A program made the position numbers and the translations under genes. A stretch of DNA of 61,661 nucleotides, filler included. It is 7 parts of 7 records of this genome, joined end to end, with 100 filler letters (N's around TTAATTAATTAA, not from the genome) between each part and the next. Parts side by side here need not be neighbours in the genome. Positions count along the whole stretch, not along the records: positions 1 to 11,837 come from SRR31156797_22015; positions 11,938 to 20,816 come from SRR31156797_22033; 5 more parts are not named here. One strand, written 5' to 3'. Positions within the stretch are counted from its first letter, which is position 1, and each line of letters opens with the position of its first letter. Positions 8,538 to 19,229 of this stretch are shown here, one piece after another. The notes under the pieces were generated by a model, which had not been told where the DNA came from, did not search any database, and saw nothing but the letters and a program-made list of their open reading frames with translations.

Positions 8538-9590
8538 ATGGATCAGTATAGTGAGAGACTGGGAAAAATTGAAGAGGCCCTGGAGGCCCTGATGCCCGAG
8601 CGGGCGACAGGAGACTGGCTCTCCTCTATGACAGATGCCCTTTCGAGTCCCGTTCCCTCGTCCATGATCGATCGCTTCCATGCGCCAGGAAGGGAGCTGC
8701 TGGTCCGGGGCGGGAAGCGCTGGCGCCCCCTGGTGATGGTTCTCTGCTGCGAGGCCGCCGGGGGAGATCCCAAGACGGCCTATCCCTTCACTCCCATGGT
8801 GGAGATGCCCCATAACGGCAGCCTGATCATCGATGATATCGAAGACAAGTCGGTGGAGCGACGGGGGAAGCCGGCGGTTCACCTTCTCCACGGCGACGAT
8901 ATCTCCATCAACGCCGGAAACCTGATGTACTTCAACGCCACCGCCCTGGCAGGGCGCGACTCGGGGATTGATGACGGGCTGAGGCTGAGGCTGCTGGACG
9001 CCTACTGCGACAGTCTGAGGCGCCTTCATTTCGGACAGGGACTGGACATACAGTGGCACAACGACCATTCCTCCGTTCCCGAGGTCCCCGTCTATCTGCA
9101 GATGTGCCGCTTCAAGACCGGCGCCCTGGCCCGTTTCGCCGCGACGGCGGGAACCATGCTGGGCGGTGGAGACGACAGGCTCTGCGCCCTGGCCGCCGAA
9201 AGCTGGGAGAAAGCGGGCGTCGGCTTTCAGATCCTGGATGATGTGAAGAACCTGACCACCGGAAATCCTGGCAAGGACAGGGGCGACGATATGGTTGAGG
9301 GGAAGAAAAGCCTTCCCGTTATCCTCTACTACCGGGACAATCCCGGGAGAGCCGGCGAGCTGGCCGCCTTTATGGAGAAGGCCGGAAAGCTGGGTGTAAA
9401 GGAGGGGCGGGACGCCGTGGAGGGCGCTATCGCCCTGATGGAGAACGCCGGAACCATCCGCGAGGCCGGGGAAACGGCCCGTCTTATGCTCGAGGACTCT
9501 CTGAAAGAGATCCGGGAGATTTTCCCCGCTCATCCCGCAGCGGAACTGCAGTGCGGGATCATAGAGTCCTTTATCAAGAAAATGCTATGA
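8538..9590 (+). CDS. Polyprenyl diphosphate synthase (IspA/IspB/GGPPS family)
   Basis: GGKRWRP, FARM IDDIED..RRG, GQGLD, KTG, FQILDD; GGGGAG RBS before ATG 8538. Confidence 0.93.
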   Translation: MDQYSERLGKIEEALEALMPERATGDWLSSMTDALSSPVPSSMIDRFHAPGRELLVRGGKRWRPLVMVLCCEAAGGDPKTAYPFTPMVEMPHNGSLIIDDIEDKSVERRGKPAVHLLHGDDISINAGNLMYFNATALAGRDSGIDDGLRLRLLDAYCDSLRRLHFGQGLDIQWHNDHSSVPEVPVYLQMCRFKTGALARFAATAGTMLGGGDDRLCALAAESWEKAGVGFQILDDVKNLTTGNPGKDRGDDMVEGKKSLPVILYYRDNPGRAGELAAFMEKAGKLGVKEGRDAVEGAIALMENAGTIREAGETARLMLEDSLKEIREIFPAHPAAELQCGIIESFIKKML

Positions 9591-9619
9591 CGTTCATTTT
9601 ATTCGGGGTATGATGGGAT

Positions 9620-11161
9620 ATGGCAGTTAAAACCTTGTGGCAAAAGGTCTACGGGAATCTGGACATCTCCAGAGAGGACCGTTCGGGCGGACAGAAGCTC
9701 TTCCGTGAGTTTACCCATCAGGGCTCTCTCCGCATCACACCGGCACAGCGGATCGCCCTTTCTCCGGGGGCGGTCGTGGATTTTTACCGACGCCTCTCCC
9801 TTGTCAGAACTCCCTCGGGGCCGGTCATCCGGAAACAGGATGACCGCTGGCTCAGGAGTATGGATTTCCAGTTTGTCGATATGAGGGACTACGGAACCTA
9901 CTTCCGTGTCCTGATGGATCTGCCCCGCTTCAGAGCGGACGGTATTATCTTCCTGCCCCTGACGGAGGGGGAGAGCCCCTTCTATTCCCGCAGCCATTCC
10001 CAGCTGAACCGCCGTTATTCCGATCCCTATCTGGAGAGCCGCGGCTTCGGTCCAGAGGATCAGCTCCGTCTCCTGGTGGAGGCGGTTCATCTAAGCGGTA
10101 AAACAGCTGGTTACTACATGTCCCCCCTTATCGATTCCGTCTCGGCGGTCATTTACAGAAAGCCCGAATTCTTCGCCTGGAGATCGGTCACCGAACCGGA
10201 ACTGGGACGGGACAGGATGCTTGAGAAGGTGAATGCTGTGGTCCGGAAGGAATTCGAGCTGACCGGCGGCTATGATTACGTCCATCTCAAGACCGCTCTT
10301 CGCCGCGAGGGCCTCTATACGGAGGAGGGGGATCAGCCCGTAGGGTTCGATTTCGACGATGAAGGGGCCCTGAACTACTTCTCCCGCATATTCCTCTCCC
10401 TCCAGGGCAGCTACGGCTTCGACTTCTTCTATCTGGACTTCCCAGAGGAGATGGAGGATGGTCTTGTGGCCCGGGTCTATCGCAGCCTGAGAAAGGATAG
10501 CGGCTGCAAGCGCTATACGGGCTGGGCCGTGGCGCTTCACAGCGATCGGAGCCCTCCCTCCGAGCCCAGGGAGCCGGTGGTGCTGGTCCATGAGAAGAGG
10601 GAGAACATCTCCCTGGACGAGGCCTCCATCCATGACTGGTTTCATCAGCTGGGCCGTTTGTTCGAGAAGAACCGGGGACTCAGGATTCCCGTAACCCAGG
10701 GAGTGCGGCTGGGGGATGTAAAAGATGTGGGAGAGGCGGAGTTCCTGCGCCGCCTGTTCCTGGCACGGTTCAGCGGCATAAAACTCTTCCGCCGCTCCCT
10801 TGTCTTCGAGGGCGACGTCTGCGCCATCAGCAATAGGATGGAGGACGTCTACCACCGTTACAAGGCTCTTCTGGAGGGGGGACGGCTCCTTCAGGTCGTG
10901 GCCGACGAGGGCTACGCCTGGTGGATCATCAGCGACAGGGGCCGTCTGCTCATACCCCTGTTGGCCCTGGATACGGGGGACGGGAAGAAGCCCGGCCCTG
11001 TGCGCATCGATTACAGCAGCATCACGGGCAGGAACAAGATCCTCTCTGTAGTGGACTACGACTTCAGCTCCTCCAAGGGAAGCCTCTTCCTGTCGGCGGA
11101 CAACTCCCTTGTGGTCAGCGATCTGAAGCCCGGGACCTTCCGGCTCTTTTCTCTGCAGTAA
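9620..11161 (+). CDS. Hypothetical protein with remote alpha-amylase (GH13)-like features
   Basis: DGIIFLPL..SPFY, QLRLLVEAVHLSGK and YGFDFFYLD resemble GH13 barrel segments; clean 513-aa ORF in line with its neighbours. Confidence 0.5.
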   Translation: MAVKTLWQKVYGNLDISREDRSGGQKLFREFTHQGSLRITPAQRIALSPGAVVDFYRRLSLVRTPSGPVIRKQDDRWLRSMDFQFVDMRDYGTYFRVLMDLPRFRADGIIFLPLTEGESPFYSRSHSQLNRRYSDPYLESRGFGPEDQLRLLVEAVHLSGKTAGYYMSPLIDSVSAVIYRKPEFFAWRSVTEPELGRDRMLEKVNAVVRKEFELTGGYDYVHLKTALRREGLYTEEGDQPVGFDFDDEGALNYFSRIFLSLQGSYGFDFFYLDFPEEMEDGLVARVYRSLRKDSGCKRYTGWAVALHSDRSPPSEPREPVVLVHEKRENISLDEASIHDWFHQLGRLFEKNRGLRIPVTQGVRLGDVKDVGEAEFLRRLFLARFSGIKLFRRSLVFEGDVCAISNRMEDVYHRYKALLEGGRLLQVVADEGYAWWIISDRGRLLIPLLALDTGDGKKPGPVRIDYSSITGRNKILSVVDYDFSSSKGSLFLSADNSLVVSDLKPGTFRLFSLQ

Positions 11162-11199
11162 AATTTGATATTTTCTCCGGAGATGGATACTTTATAATC

Positions 11200-11837
11200 A
11201 TGAGTAACAGATCCAAGGGGATACGCAAGCCCTATCCCTACACATTCAGAAACCTCTCATTGATCCTGATCGGGATCAATATTACCGTCTTCTTTCTGAC
11301 CATGATGTCGCCCAACCTGAGGCTCTATCTCTCGCTGAATCCCGTGCTCTTCGTGCGGGATCGCTTTTACTGGTCTATCCTGAGCTATATGTTCGTTCAC
11401 TCCAATATGAACCATATTCTCTTCAATATGCTGGGACTCTTCTTTTTCGGCCCCCAGCTTGAGGAGAGGATGGGAAGCTGGGAGTTCCTGAGCTACTACC
11501 TGGGAACGGGCCTTCTTTCCGGCGGTTTCTCCCTCCTGGTCTATCTCTTTACCGGGACCTATCAGGTCTTTCTGATGGGGGCTTCAGGAGCGATCTTCGC
11601 CCTTCTTCTGGCCTTTGCGGTCTACTTCCCGTTCTCCAGAATCTATCTCTTCGGGATCATTCCCATACAGTCCACCATGCTGGTGATGCTCTACGCGGGA
11701 ATCGAGATCTTCTCCCTGGTAACGGGCCGGGCCGGGAATGTGGCCCATATGACCCACCTGGCCGGTCTGCTTTTCGGTTATCTCTACTTCCGCATACGCC
11801 TGGGACTGGATCCCGTCCGGGTCTTCAAGGACTCGCG
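11200..11837 (+). CDS. Rhomboid intramembrane serine protease (3'-truncated)
   Basis: SYMFVH..HILFNM, GASGA (Ser), AHMTHLAG (His), multiple TM helices. Confidence 0.93.
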
Positions 11838-11937
11838 NNNNNNNNNNNNNNNNNNNNNNNNNNNNNNNNNNNNNNNNNNNNTTAATTAATTAANNNNNNN
11901 NNNNNNNNNNNNNNNNNNNNNNNNNNNNNNNNNNNNN
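11838..11937. other. Synthetic contig spacer
   Basis: 44 N + TTAATTAATTAA + 44 N; composition changes across it. Confidence 0.99.
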
Positions 11938-12038
11938 ATTTTAACGCTCACAACGAAGTTCTAATACTTAATGTGAGTTTGATTCATAGAATAAGTTGAT
12001 TTATCTTTTTTAGATTTGATACTGGAAAGATGAGAAAC

Positions 12039-12068
12039 AAAAAAAGGAGCCTGAAGCAGACTCCTTTT
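12039..12068 (-). terminator. Intrinsic terminator of dpp7
   Basis: AAAAGGAGCCTG-AAG-CAGACTCCTTTT hairpin with A/T tracts just past the stop. Confidence 0.75.
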
Positions 12069-12089
12069 AATATATAATTCAAATAGAAT

Positions 12090-14243
12090 TTACTTCACTA
12101 AGGTCATTTCATTGATAAGATTTGTTGCTCCTGCATATTTGTCAATGATAAACAAAACATATCGGATGTCAACATTGATACATTTTTGAAGTTCTGTTTC
12201 AAAAGCAATGTCTCCGCTCATAGCTTCCCAATTACCATCAAAAGCAAGGCCAAATAGTTCACCATTCGCATTAATTACCGGACTACCAGAGTTACCTCCA
12301 GTAATATCATTATTTGTAGTAAAACATACGTGTAATGAACCATCAGCATCAGCATATTGTCCGTAGTCCTTGTTATTGTATAAGCTAATTAATTTCTCAG
12401 GAACTTCGAATTCGTAATTACCTGGCTCATATTTTTCAATTACACCTTCGAGAGTAGTGAAATGCTTATAAATAACAGCATCTTTGGGTTCGTAATTCCC
12501 AACTTTTCCATAGCTTAATCGCATAGTAAAATTAGCATCTGGATAAAATACTTTTTCAGGCTGCATTTCCATTAGTCCTTTAATAAAAAGACGATTGTTT
12601 TTAGATTCAGCATCTTTTAAGGCACTATAACCACTATAAAGTGAGCGATAAGTTTTCATAACGGATTTAGCTGCAATAAATACAGGATCTTTCGTTAAGA
12701 CTTTTAATTTAGGTTCTTGTAAAAACGCAGTTAATTTTTCCTGATCTACGAAAATTGATTTTTTAAATACATCATCACTGTACTTTTTAAAGTCACCTTT
12801 GTATTTTTTAATGATCACTTCATCCATAAAAGAAGGATGGTGTTCTGCCGGAATTTTATCGTAATATAATTCAAGCATTGCTCCAAATACTTTGTGGTCG
12901 GTAGATTTACTATAGTCTTTATAAAAGGCATCAAGAGAATGAAGAACACGTTCAGTTATTTCTTTTATCTTTTCTTCATTTTCTTCCTCTAAAGCTTCTT
13001 CCAGTTTTATTGTTTTAATTCCTTGTGCTATGATTTCTGTTCCTCTGATGGCACACTCTACAATATAATTTAAAGCCTTTGCTTCTCCTTTACGCTCTGT
13101 ATAAACCTTTTCAAGCTGATTTAATACATCTCCGTATATTTCCTCTCTTTTAGCATCTTCTTTAACCCATGCTTCGAACTGTTTCTCCAATTCTCTTTTC
13201 TGACCAAGAACATCTAATTTTTCCAGTCCACGGTTCATTCCAATACTATTTTTCCAATAGTTTGAGCTGCGACTAAATTTTGATGCATATTGAATATTTA
13301 CTTTTTCATCAGCAAGCATATCTTTTTTCCAGATATCCTGCTTAACACCTCTTGGTACAATTCGAGCATCATTAATAACATCCATTCTTTCTGTAATTCC
13401 CCATGACGTTAGGTAACGACTTGTGCTTCCTGGAAAACCGATTGTCATAGCAAAATCTTCAGGATTAACTCCTTTTAAAGATACAGGTAGGTGATGTTCA
13501 GGTTTTAACGGTACATTATCTTCTGAATATTCAGCGGGTTTACCATCTTTATCAGCATATACTCTAAACATACTAAAGTCGCCGGTATGTCTTGGCCACA
13601 TCCAGTTATCTGTATCAAATCCAAATTTACCAATAGATGAAGGCGGAGCACCTACAAAACGAACATCAGTAAATTCTTCGTAAGCAATTAAGAAATATTG
13701 GTTTCCTTCAAAGTAGTTTTTAACAAAAATAGAGTAATCATTTCCTTCAGATGCTTCTTCCCTGATGGCTTTCTGGTTTTTAAGAATAGCTTCGGTTCTT
13801 TCTTCCTCAGTCATGTCTTCTGTAACGCCCTCTAAAATTTCGGTTGTCACATCTTTCATATACTTTAAAAATGTTACAGATAATCCCTCTGCTGGCAATT
13901 CTTCTTTTAATGATTTTGCCCAAAAACCATCTTTCAAGTAATTATGCTCTACCGAACTTAGTTTTTGGATATCACCGTAACCACAGTGATGGTTAGTTAA
14001 TATCAAACCTTGATCAGATATTAATTCACCCGTACATCCTCTTCCGAAGATGACAACAGCATCTTTTAAACTGGATTGGTTAATGCTATAAATATCTTCT
14101 GCAGAAAGTTGTAATCCCATTTCGGACATTTTATCCATATTTAGCTTCGATAATAATGGTAGAAGCCACATCCCCTCATCTGCTTTTATGCTTCCGGAAA
14201 AACCAATAACAAAAGCAAGAATTAAAATTGTTAATTTCTTCAT
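12090..14243 (-). CDS. dpp7: S46 dipeptidyl peptidase, DPP7 type
   Basis: Signal peptide then ADEGMW, TNHHC, TGGNSGSPV; FDGNWE S1 motif (Gly as in DPP7, not Arg as in DPP11). Confidence 0.92.
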   Translation of the reverse strand: MKKLTILILAFVIGFSGSIKADEGMWLLPLLSKLNMDKMSEMGLQLSAEDIYSINQSSLKDAVVIFGRGCTGELISDQGLILTNHHCGYGDIQKLSSVEHNYLKDGFWAKSLKEELPAEGLSVTFLKYMKDVTTEILEGVTEDMTEEERTEAILKNQKAIREEASEGNDYSIFVKNYFEGNQYFLIAYEEFTDVRFVGAPPSSIGKFGFDTDNWMWPRHTGDFSMFRVYADKDGKPAEYSEDNVPLKPEHHLPVSLKGVNPEDFAMTIGFPGSTSRYLTSWGITERMDVINDARIVPRGVKQDIWKKDMLADEKVNIQYASKFSRSSNYWKNSIGMNRGLEKLDVLGQKRELEKQFEAWVKEDAKREEIYGDVLNQLEKVYTERKGEAKALNYIVECAIRGTEIIAQGIKTIKLEEALEEENEEKIKEITERVLHSLDAFYKDYSKSTDHKVFGAMLELYYDKIPAEHHPSFMDEVIIKKYKGDFKKYSDDVFKKSIFVDQEKLTAFLQEPKLKVLTKDPVFIAAKSVMKTYRSLYSGYSALKDAESKNNRLFIKGLMEMQPEKVFYPDANFTMRLSYGKVGNYEPKDAVIYKHFTTLEGVIEKYEPGNYEFEVPEKLISLYNNKDYGQYADADGSLHVCFTTNNDITGGNSGSPVINANGELFGLAFDGNWEAMSGDIAFETELQKCINVDIRYVLFIIDKYAGATNLINEMTLVK

Positions 14244-14418
14244 TCTTTAAATAAATAAGTTTCACGGTTAAGAGATTCATTATGACAATGAGAATTTAAT
14301 GAATCAGTACCGTATGTTAATTGTTTAATAAAACAAAAGGTTCAAACTAAGACTTGCACAATAAAAGAAGATATTCAATCAAAAACAATGATAATTATTA
14401 CATTGATACCTCTTCAAA

Positions 14419-15027
14419 TTATAGGTTGAGTTTAAGTTGCGTATCGAATAATTTAAAAGATTGTCGGTGATAAGGGGTTGTTCCCAACTTTTCAATTGCT
14501 GCACGGTGCGCTTTGGTTGGGTACCCTTTATTCTTTTTCCAATCATATCCCGGATGCTCAATATCTAAATTTTCCATTAACTCATCGCGATGAGTTTTAG
14601 CTAATATACTGGCAGCCGCAATAGACATGTACTTACTATCTCCTTTAACAATACAAGTATGCGGAATGTTTTTATAAGGTTTAAATTTATTGCCATCAAT
14701 GAGTAAATGCTGCGGTGTTGTATGTAGTTGTTCAACTGCTCTTTGCATTCCGATAATGGATGCGTTAAGAATGTTTATTTCATCAATCTCATTATTACTA
14801 ACAATGGCTACACCCCAGGCAATGGCTTTCTCTTCTATTATTGGTCTTAGTAAATTACGTTGCTTTTCTGTTAGCTGTTTTGAATCGTTTAAGAAAGGAT
14901 GATCAAAATCGTTAGGCAAAATAACAGCCGCAGCCACTACCGGGCCTGCCAAACACCCTCTTCCTGCTTCATCGCATCCTGCTTCAATAGTATTTTTATT
15001 CAGAAATCGTTCTAAAGTATTATTCAT
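14419..15027 (-). CDS. rnhB: Ribonuclease HII
   Basis: [42 protein letters not shown]. Confidence 0.96.
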   Translation of the reverse strand: MNNTLERFLNKNTIEAGCDEAGRGCLAGPVVAAAVILPNDFDHPFLNDSKQLTEKQRNLLRPIIEEKAIAWGVAIVSNNEIDEINILNASIIGMQRAVEQLHTTPQHLLIDGNKFKPYKNIPHTCIVKGDSKYMSIAAASILAKTHRDELMENLDIEHPGYDWKKNKGYPTKAHRAAIEKLGTTPYHRQSFKLFDTQLKLNL

Positions 15028-15058
15028 GGTGTTGGCATTTTGCGAACGTACTTATATT

Positions 15059-16048
15059 CTATTTTTCGTTATAGATTACTTCTAATATGGTTTGTCCGAC
15101 TGCTTTCAGTGTATTTTTGTCAATTACATCCATGTTATCTTTGTGCGTATGCCAGTAAGCACCAAAATGAGATTCTGTAGAAGGATCGTGTTGAATAATA
15201 TCAATACAAGGAATGTTTAAATACTTATTTACATAAACGTGGTCGTCAGTTATTGGTCCCCAGCTATCATATATAAAATATTGACCATAGCCCAGATCGT
15301 TGGCTTTATCCCAAACCTTTTTGACCACTCTTTTTGCCATTTGAAGAGATCCAGCCTCCTGATAGAATTTAGCATTAGATGCTCCAACCATATCTAATAA
15401 AATCCCATAGCGGGCATAATAATTATTTACATGAGGGTTTTTGCCCCAATATTGAGATCCTAAACACCATGTGTCTGGTTTGTAGTTTTGGGTTTTAATA
15501 TGATCCGGAGTACCGTAATCTTCTGCATCGAAGAAAATAATATCTACACCTATGTGAAGAGGTTGCTTTTGTAATTGGCGGGCAATTTCTAATAATACGC
15601 CAACGCCGCTACCTCCGTCATTCGCTCCTAAAATAGGTTCGTTTTGTCTTGAAGGATCATCACAATGGTCAGCAAATGGTCTGGAATCCCAATGGGCAAA
15701 TAACAAAATACGATCATTTAATTCAGGTTTATATTGGCCTATAATGTTTTTGGCTTTTAAAAGCGTGTTATCAAAAGCTCTTACTTCAGCATCCTGAATT
15801 ATTACATTAGCTCCTAATTTTTCTAGTTTATTACTGAGATAACTGGCGCACTTTAAATGTGCCTCAGTATTGGGTACTCTTGGACCAAAATCAACTTGCT
15901 TTTGGATATAATGATAAGCAGAATCAGAATTAAATGTAGGCACAACTACTTGGACTTTGTCTTTTTGTTTAGAAGAAGTGCTGCTAGTTGAACGCTGATT
16001 GCAGCTTGATGCAAAAACGATAATAGCAAGGGTTATATATTTAATCAT
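15059..16048 (-). CDS. M28-family lipoprotein, probable animal-type glutaminyl cyclase
   Basis: Lipobox FASSC; AHWDSR, GANDGGSG, FFDAEDYG, CLGSQYW, LLDMVG, TDDH, YWHT motifs. Confidence 0.8.
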   Translation of the reverse strand: MIKYITLAIIVFASSCNQRSTSSTSSKQKDKVQVVVPTFNSDSAYHYIQKQVDFGPRVPNTEAHLKCASYLSNKLEKLGANVIIQDAEVRAFDNTLLKAKNIIGQYKPELNDRILLFAHWDSRPFADHCDDPSRQNEPILGANDGGSGVGVLLEIARQLQKQPLHIGVDIIFFDAEDYGTPDHIKTQNYKPDTWCLGSQYWGKNPHVNNYYARYGILLDMVGASNAKFYQEAGSLQMAKRVVKKVWDKANDLGYGQYFIYDSWGPITDDHVYVNKYLNIPCIDIIQHDPSTESHFGAYWHTHKDNMDVIDKNTLKAVGQTILEVIYNEK

Positions 16049-16092
16049 TATATCCGTTTTTTTTAGTATTTAAATTTGAGTAAATGTTTTGT

Positions 16093-17565
16093 TTATTTTA
16101 GTTCCCAGCTTGCACCCTCCGCACCATCTTTAATTACAAAACCTAAGTTTTGAAGTTCGTCTCTAATTTTATCCGCAGTAGCCCAATCTTTATTTTGTTT
16201 AGCTTCGGTTCGCATGTTAAGCAGAAGTTGCATTACATCGTCCATTTTTGAGTTTGAATCCTCACTTTTATCGCTATTTAAACTTAAACCCAAAATATCT
16301 TCAACATAAACATGCATGATATTTTTAAGTTCAGCCAAACCTTCTTCGTCTATACTAATTTTTCCATCGAGCAAACTATTGATCGTTTTTACAGCATCAA
16401 ATAAGTGTGCAATTAAAATGGGGCTGTTTAAATCATCAGCAATGGCAGAATAACATTTATCTTTTAATGAAATAACATCGACGTCAGAAGTATTGGAAGC
16501 AACAATATTCTCCATGTTTTCCATTGCCTCACTTAATCGATTAAGACCTTTTTCTGCAGCTTGAAGGGCATCATTACCAAAATCCAGGGTGCTTCTGTAA
16601 TGGGCCTGTAAAATGAAAAATCGAATTGTCATGGGACTATATTCCTTTTCAAGTTTCTCGTGCTGACCCGTAAAGAATTGCTCCAGAGTGATAAAATTAC
16701 CCAATGACTTACCCATCTTTTGACCACCAATAGTAATCATGTTATTGTGCATCCAATATTTAGCAGGAATTTTACCGTTATCAACAGTACTTTGTGCTAT
16801 TTCACATTCGTGATGAGGGAATAATAAATCCATTCCACCGCCATGAATATCGAATTGTTCACCCAGATATTTCTTACTCATAGCAGAACATTCAAGGTGC
16901 CAACCAGGAAACCCATCGCTCCATTCGGAAGGCCATCGCATGATATGCTCAGGTGAAGCTTTTTTCCAAAGTGCAAAATCTAGTGAATCTCTTTTCTCAC
17001 TTTGTCCATCAAGCTCTCTGGTGTTGTTTATAAGATCTTCGATCTTACGGCCAGAAAGAATGCCATAAGGATGATCTTCATTGTATTTTTTTACATTAAA
17101 ATATACAGAGCCATTGCTTTCGTATGCATAGCCTTTTTCTAAAATTGATTTAATTACCTGAATCTGCTCAATAATATGTCCTGATGCACGTGGTTCAATA
17201 CTAGGACTTTTTACGTTAAGCATTTTCATGTAATCATGGTATCGTTCTGTATAATACTGAACAACCTCCATCGGTTCCAATTCTTCAAGCTTGGCTTTTT
17301 TTGCAATTTTATCTTCACCTTCATCAGCATCATTCTCTAAATGGCCAACGTCAGTAATGTTTCTTACATATCTAACTTTGTACCCTGCGTAACTTAAAAA
17401 GCGGGATAATAAATCAAATGTTATAGCAGGTCTGGCATGACCTAGATGAGGATCGCCATATACTGTTGGGCCACAAACGTATAAACCAACTCGTCCCGGT
17501 GTTAAAGGTTCAAACGCTTCCTTTTGTCTGCTAAGTGTATTGTAAATATGTAGTTTTTGCTCCAT
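16093..17565 (-). CDS. cysS: Cysteine--tRNA ligase
   Basis: [32 protein letters not shown]; start taken at [11 protein letters not shown]. Confidence 0.97.
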   Translation of the reverse strand: MEQKLHIYNTLSRQKEAFEPLTPGRVGLYVCGPTVYGDPHLGHARPAITFDLLSRFLSYAGYKVRYVRNITDVGHLENDADEGEDKIAKKAKLEELEPMEVVQYYTERYHDYMKMLNVKSPSIEPRASGHIIEQIQVIKSILEKGYAYESNGSVYFNVKKYNEDHPYGILSGRKIEDLINNTRELDGQSEKRDSLDFALWKKASPEHIMRWPSEWSDGFPGWHLECSAMSKKYLGEQFDIHGGGMDLLFPHHECEIAQSTVDNGKIPAKYWMHNNMITIGGQKMGKSLGNFITLEQFFTGQHEKLEKEYSPMTIRFFILQAHYRSTLDFGNDALQAAEKGLNRLSEAMENMENIVASNTSDVDVISLKDKCYSAIADDLNSPILIAHLFDAVKTINSLLDGKISIDEEGLAELKNIMHVYVEDILGLSLNSDKSEDSNSKMDDVMQLLLNMRTEAKQNKDWATADKIRDELQNLGFVIKDGAEGASWELK

Positions 17566-17592
17566 TTTATTATCGATAATTATACAGGAGGT

Positions 17593-17600
17593 CAAAATTA
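17593..17600 (-). promoter_or_regulatory. Bacteroidota -7 promoter element (TAATTTTG) for cysS
   Basis: Matches the TAnnTTTG consensus about 28 nt upstream of the cysS start. Confidence 0.5.
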
Positions 17601-17742
17601 CAAAAAAGATACAATTCACAGTCAGTATCTATTGATTATCGCTATGTTGAAATATCATGCTTTATGATATTCAGTTAATTAAGAATGAATCCAGATAGCT
17701 AAAGACGGGAGGTGAATTTATTCATTCGAGTAGTTTATTGGT

Positions 17743-19161
17743 ATGCTGATCAAAAAAGAGCATTCATTCATGAACGTTTTTTCTTTTTTTGAGTACACAA
17801 AGGAAATTATTGGAGAGTTTATGTCAACAAACAAAGATCGGGAGTTGCTGTCAAAACAGTTAAATGTAAAAGGAGATTGGGAATCGTGTGTTTATGATTT
17901 ATTTAATCCAAGAAACCCTCTCAAAGGTGAAGCTTTCTTTAAGGATACTATTTTAAAGTTGTGCAAATATCTGGATGCAGATTATGTTTTTGTAGCTAAA
18001 TTAAATGGTAACGACAGGGAGCTTGATGCTGTTGCATATTGTGATAAAGATGAGTTATTGCCATCGTTTAAATTTGAATATGATGGAACTCCATGTGAGA
18101 ATGTACTGTCTCAAAATAGTATTACCTATAAAAGTTCTGTTCAAGTAAAATTTCCAGAAGACCTACGCCTAAAAAAGATGTCAATTGAAGCCTATAGTGG
18201 TGTGCCATTAATAGGTTCTGCTAAAGAGCCAATTGGTGTATTAACAGCTTTATTTTGTAAACCAATTGAGGATGCAAAAAGAGTAGAGGCCTTAATGTAT
18301 ATGTTTTCTTCACGATTAGCTTTAGAGCTGGAACATCTTGAAGAGCAGAGAGAATTAAAAAGGCGAAATCTTGAATTATTGGTTTTTAAAGAAGAGTTAA
18401 TACGCAAGAATCGCGAATTAGATGAAATGAATCAGGAGCTCAAAAAAGCCAATTTAAAAGCTAAAGAAAGTGCTAAGCTTAAATCTTCTTTTCTTGCCAA
18501 TTTGAGTCATGAGATACGAACTCCAATGAATGCCATTATTGGATTTACTGAATTATTGAGATCTAATGATTTAAACAAAGATGAGCGTCAGGAATATTTA
18601 AATATAATTTATCAGAATGGAAATCAGCTAATGCGTGTGATGGATGCGCTAATTGATATTTCCAAATTACAAGCAAAAGTTTATATCGATAAGAAGGAGA
18701 AAGTTCACGTAAATAAGATCCTAAGCGATATTCATGAAAATTATTCTGAAGAACTCTCAGTTATACAAAAACCTGTAGAATTTAATCTGATTTTAGGAGA
18801 TAAGGATGGAAAAGATTTAATGTATGCCCATAAAGAAGCTTTATTAAAGGTTTTTGATCACTTGTTAAGTAATGCGTTTAAGTTTACAAAACAAGGTAAG
18901 GTATATATTGGTTACACCATTGAAGATGATTGTTTTGAGTTTTTTGTAAAAGATACAGGAATAGGTATTCCAAGTGGCTTTGAAGATTATATTTTTGATT
19001 TATTTCGTCAGGCAGAAATCGAAAATTCACGCGAATTTGGAGGAAATGGTATAGGTTTATCCATTGTGAAAAAATATGTGGAGATCATGGGTGGAGAAGT
19101 TTGGGCGGAACCTGATCAAAAGGAAGGTGCACTTCTGAAATTTACAGTTCCTACAAGTTAA
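17743..19161 (+). CDS. Soluble GAF-domain sensor histidine kinase (start uncertain, 17743-17821)
   Basis: GTPCENV GAF motif, coiled coil, FLANLSHEIRTPMNAIIGF H-box, DTGIGI, GNGIGL; no receiver domain. Confidence 0.9.
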   Translation: MLIKKEHSFMNVFSFFEYTKEIIGEFMSTNKDRELLSKQLNVKGDWESCVYDLFNPRNPLKGEAFFKDTILKLCKYLDADYVFVAKLNGNDRELDAVAYCDKDELLPSFKFEYDGTPCENVLSQNSITYKSSVQVKFPEDLRLKKMSIEAYSGVPLIGSAKEPIGVLTALFCKPIEDAKRVEALMYMFSSRLALELEHLEEQRELKRRNLELLVFKEELIRKNRELDEMNQELKKANLKAKESAKLKSSFLANLSHEIRTPMNAIIGFTELLRSNDLNKDERQEYLNIIYQNGNQLMRVMDALIDISKLQAKVYIDKKEKVHVNKILSDIHENYSEELSVIQKPVEFNLILGDKDGKDLMYAHKEALLKVFDHLLSNAFKFTKQGKVYIGYTIEDDCFEFFVKDTGIGIPSGFEDYIFDLFRQAEIENSREFGGNGIGLSIVKKYVEIMGGEVWAEPDQKEGALLKFTVPTS

Positions 19162-19204
19162 TCCATCGTAAAAACATAAGGCAGAGTAAACGAGACAAAG
19201 GTTA

Positions 19205-19223
19205 GCAACAAGTTACTTGTTGT
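19205..19223. terminator. Hairpin between convergent kinase and ald genes
   Basis: GCAACAAG-TTA-CTTGTTGT inverted repeat; weak U-tracts. Confidence 0.4.
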
Positions 19224-19229
19224 GATTGC

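Noticed and set aside
10921-11199. Long N-terminal extension of the rhomboid ORF
   Set aside because: Overlaps the upstream gene in another frame; rhomboid-like sequence starts at ATG 11200.
11882-11893. Recurring TTAATTAATTAA palindrome (six copies) as a biological repeat or att site
   Set aside because: Always centred in exactly 44+44 N; a synthetic all-frame stop linker.
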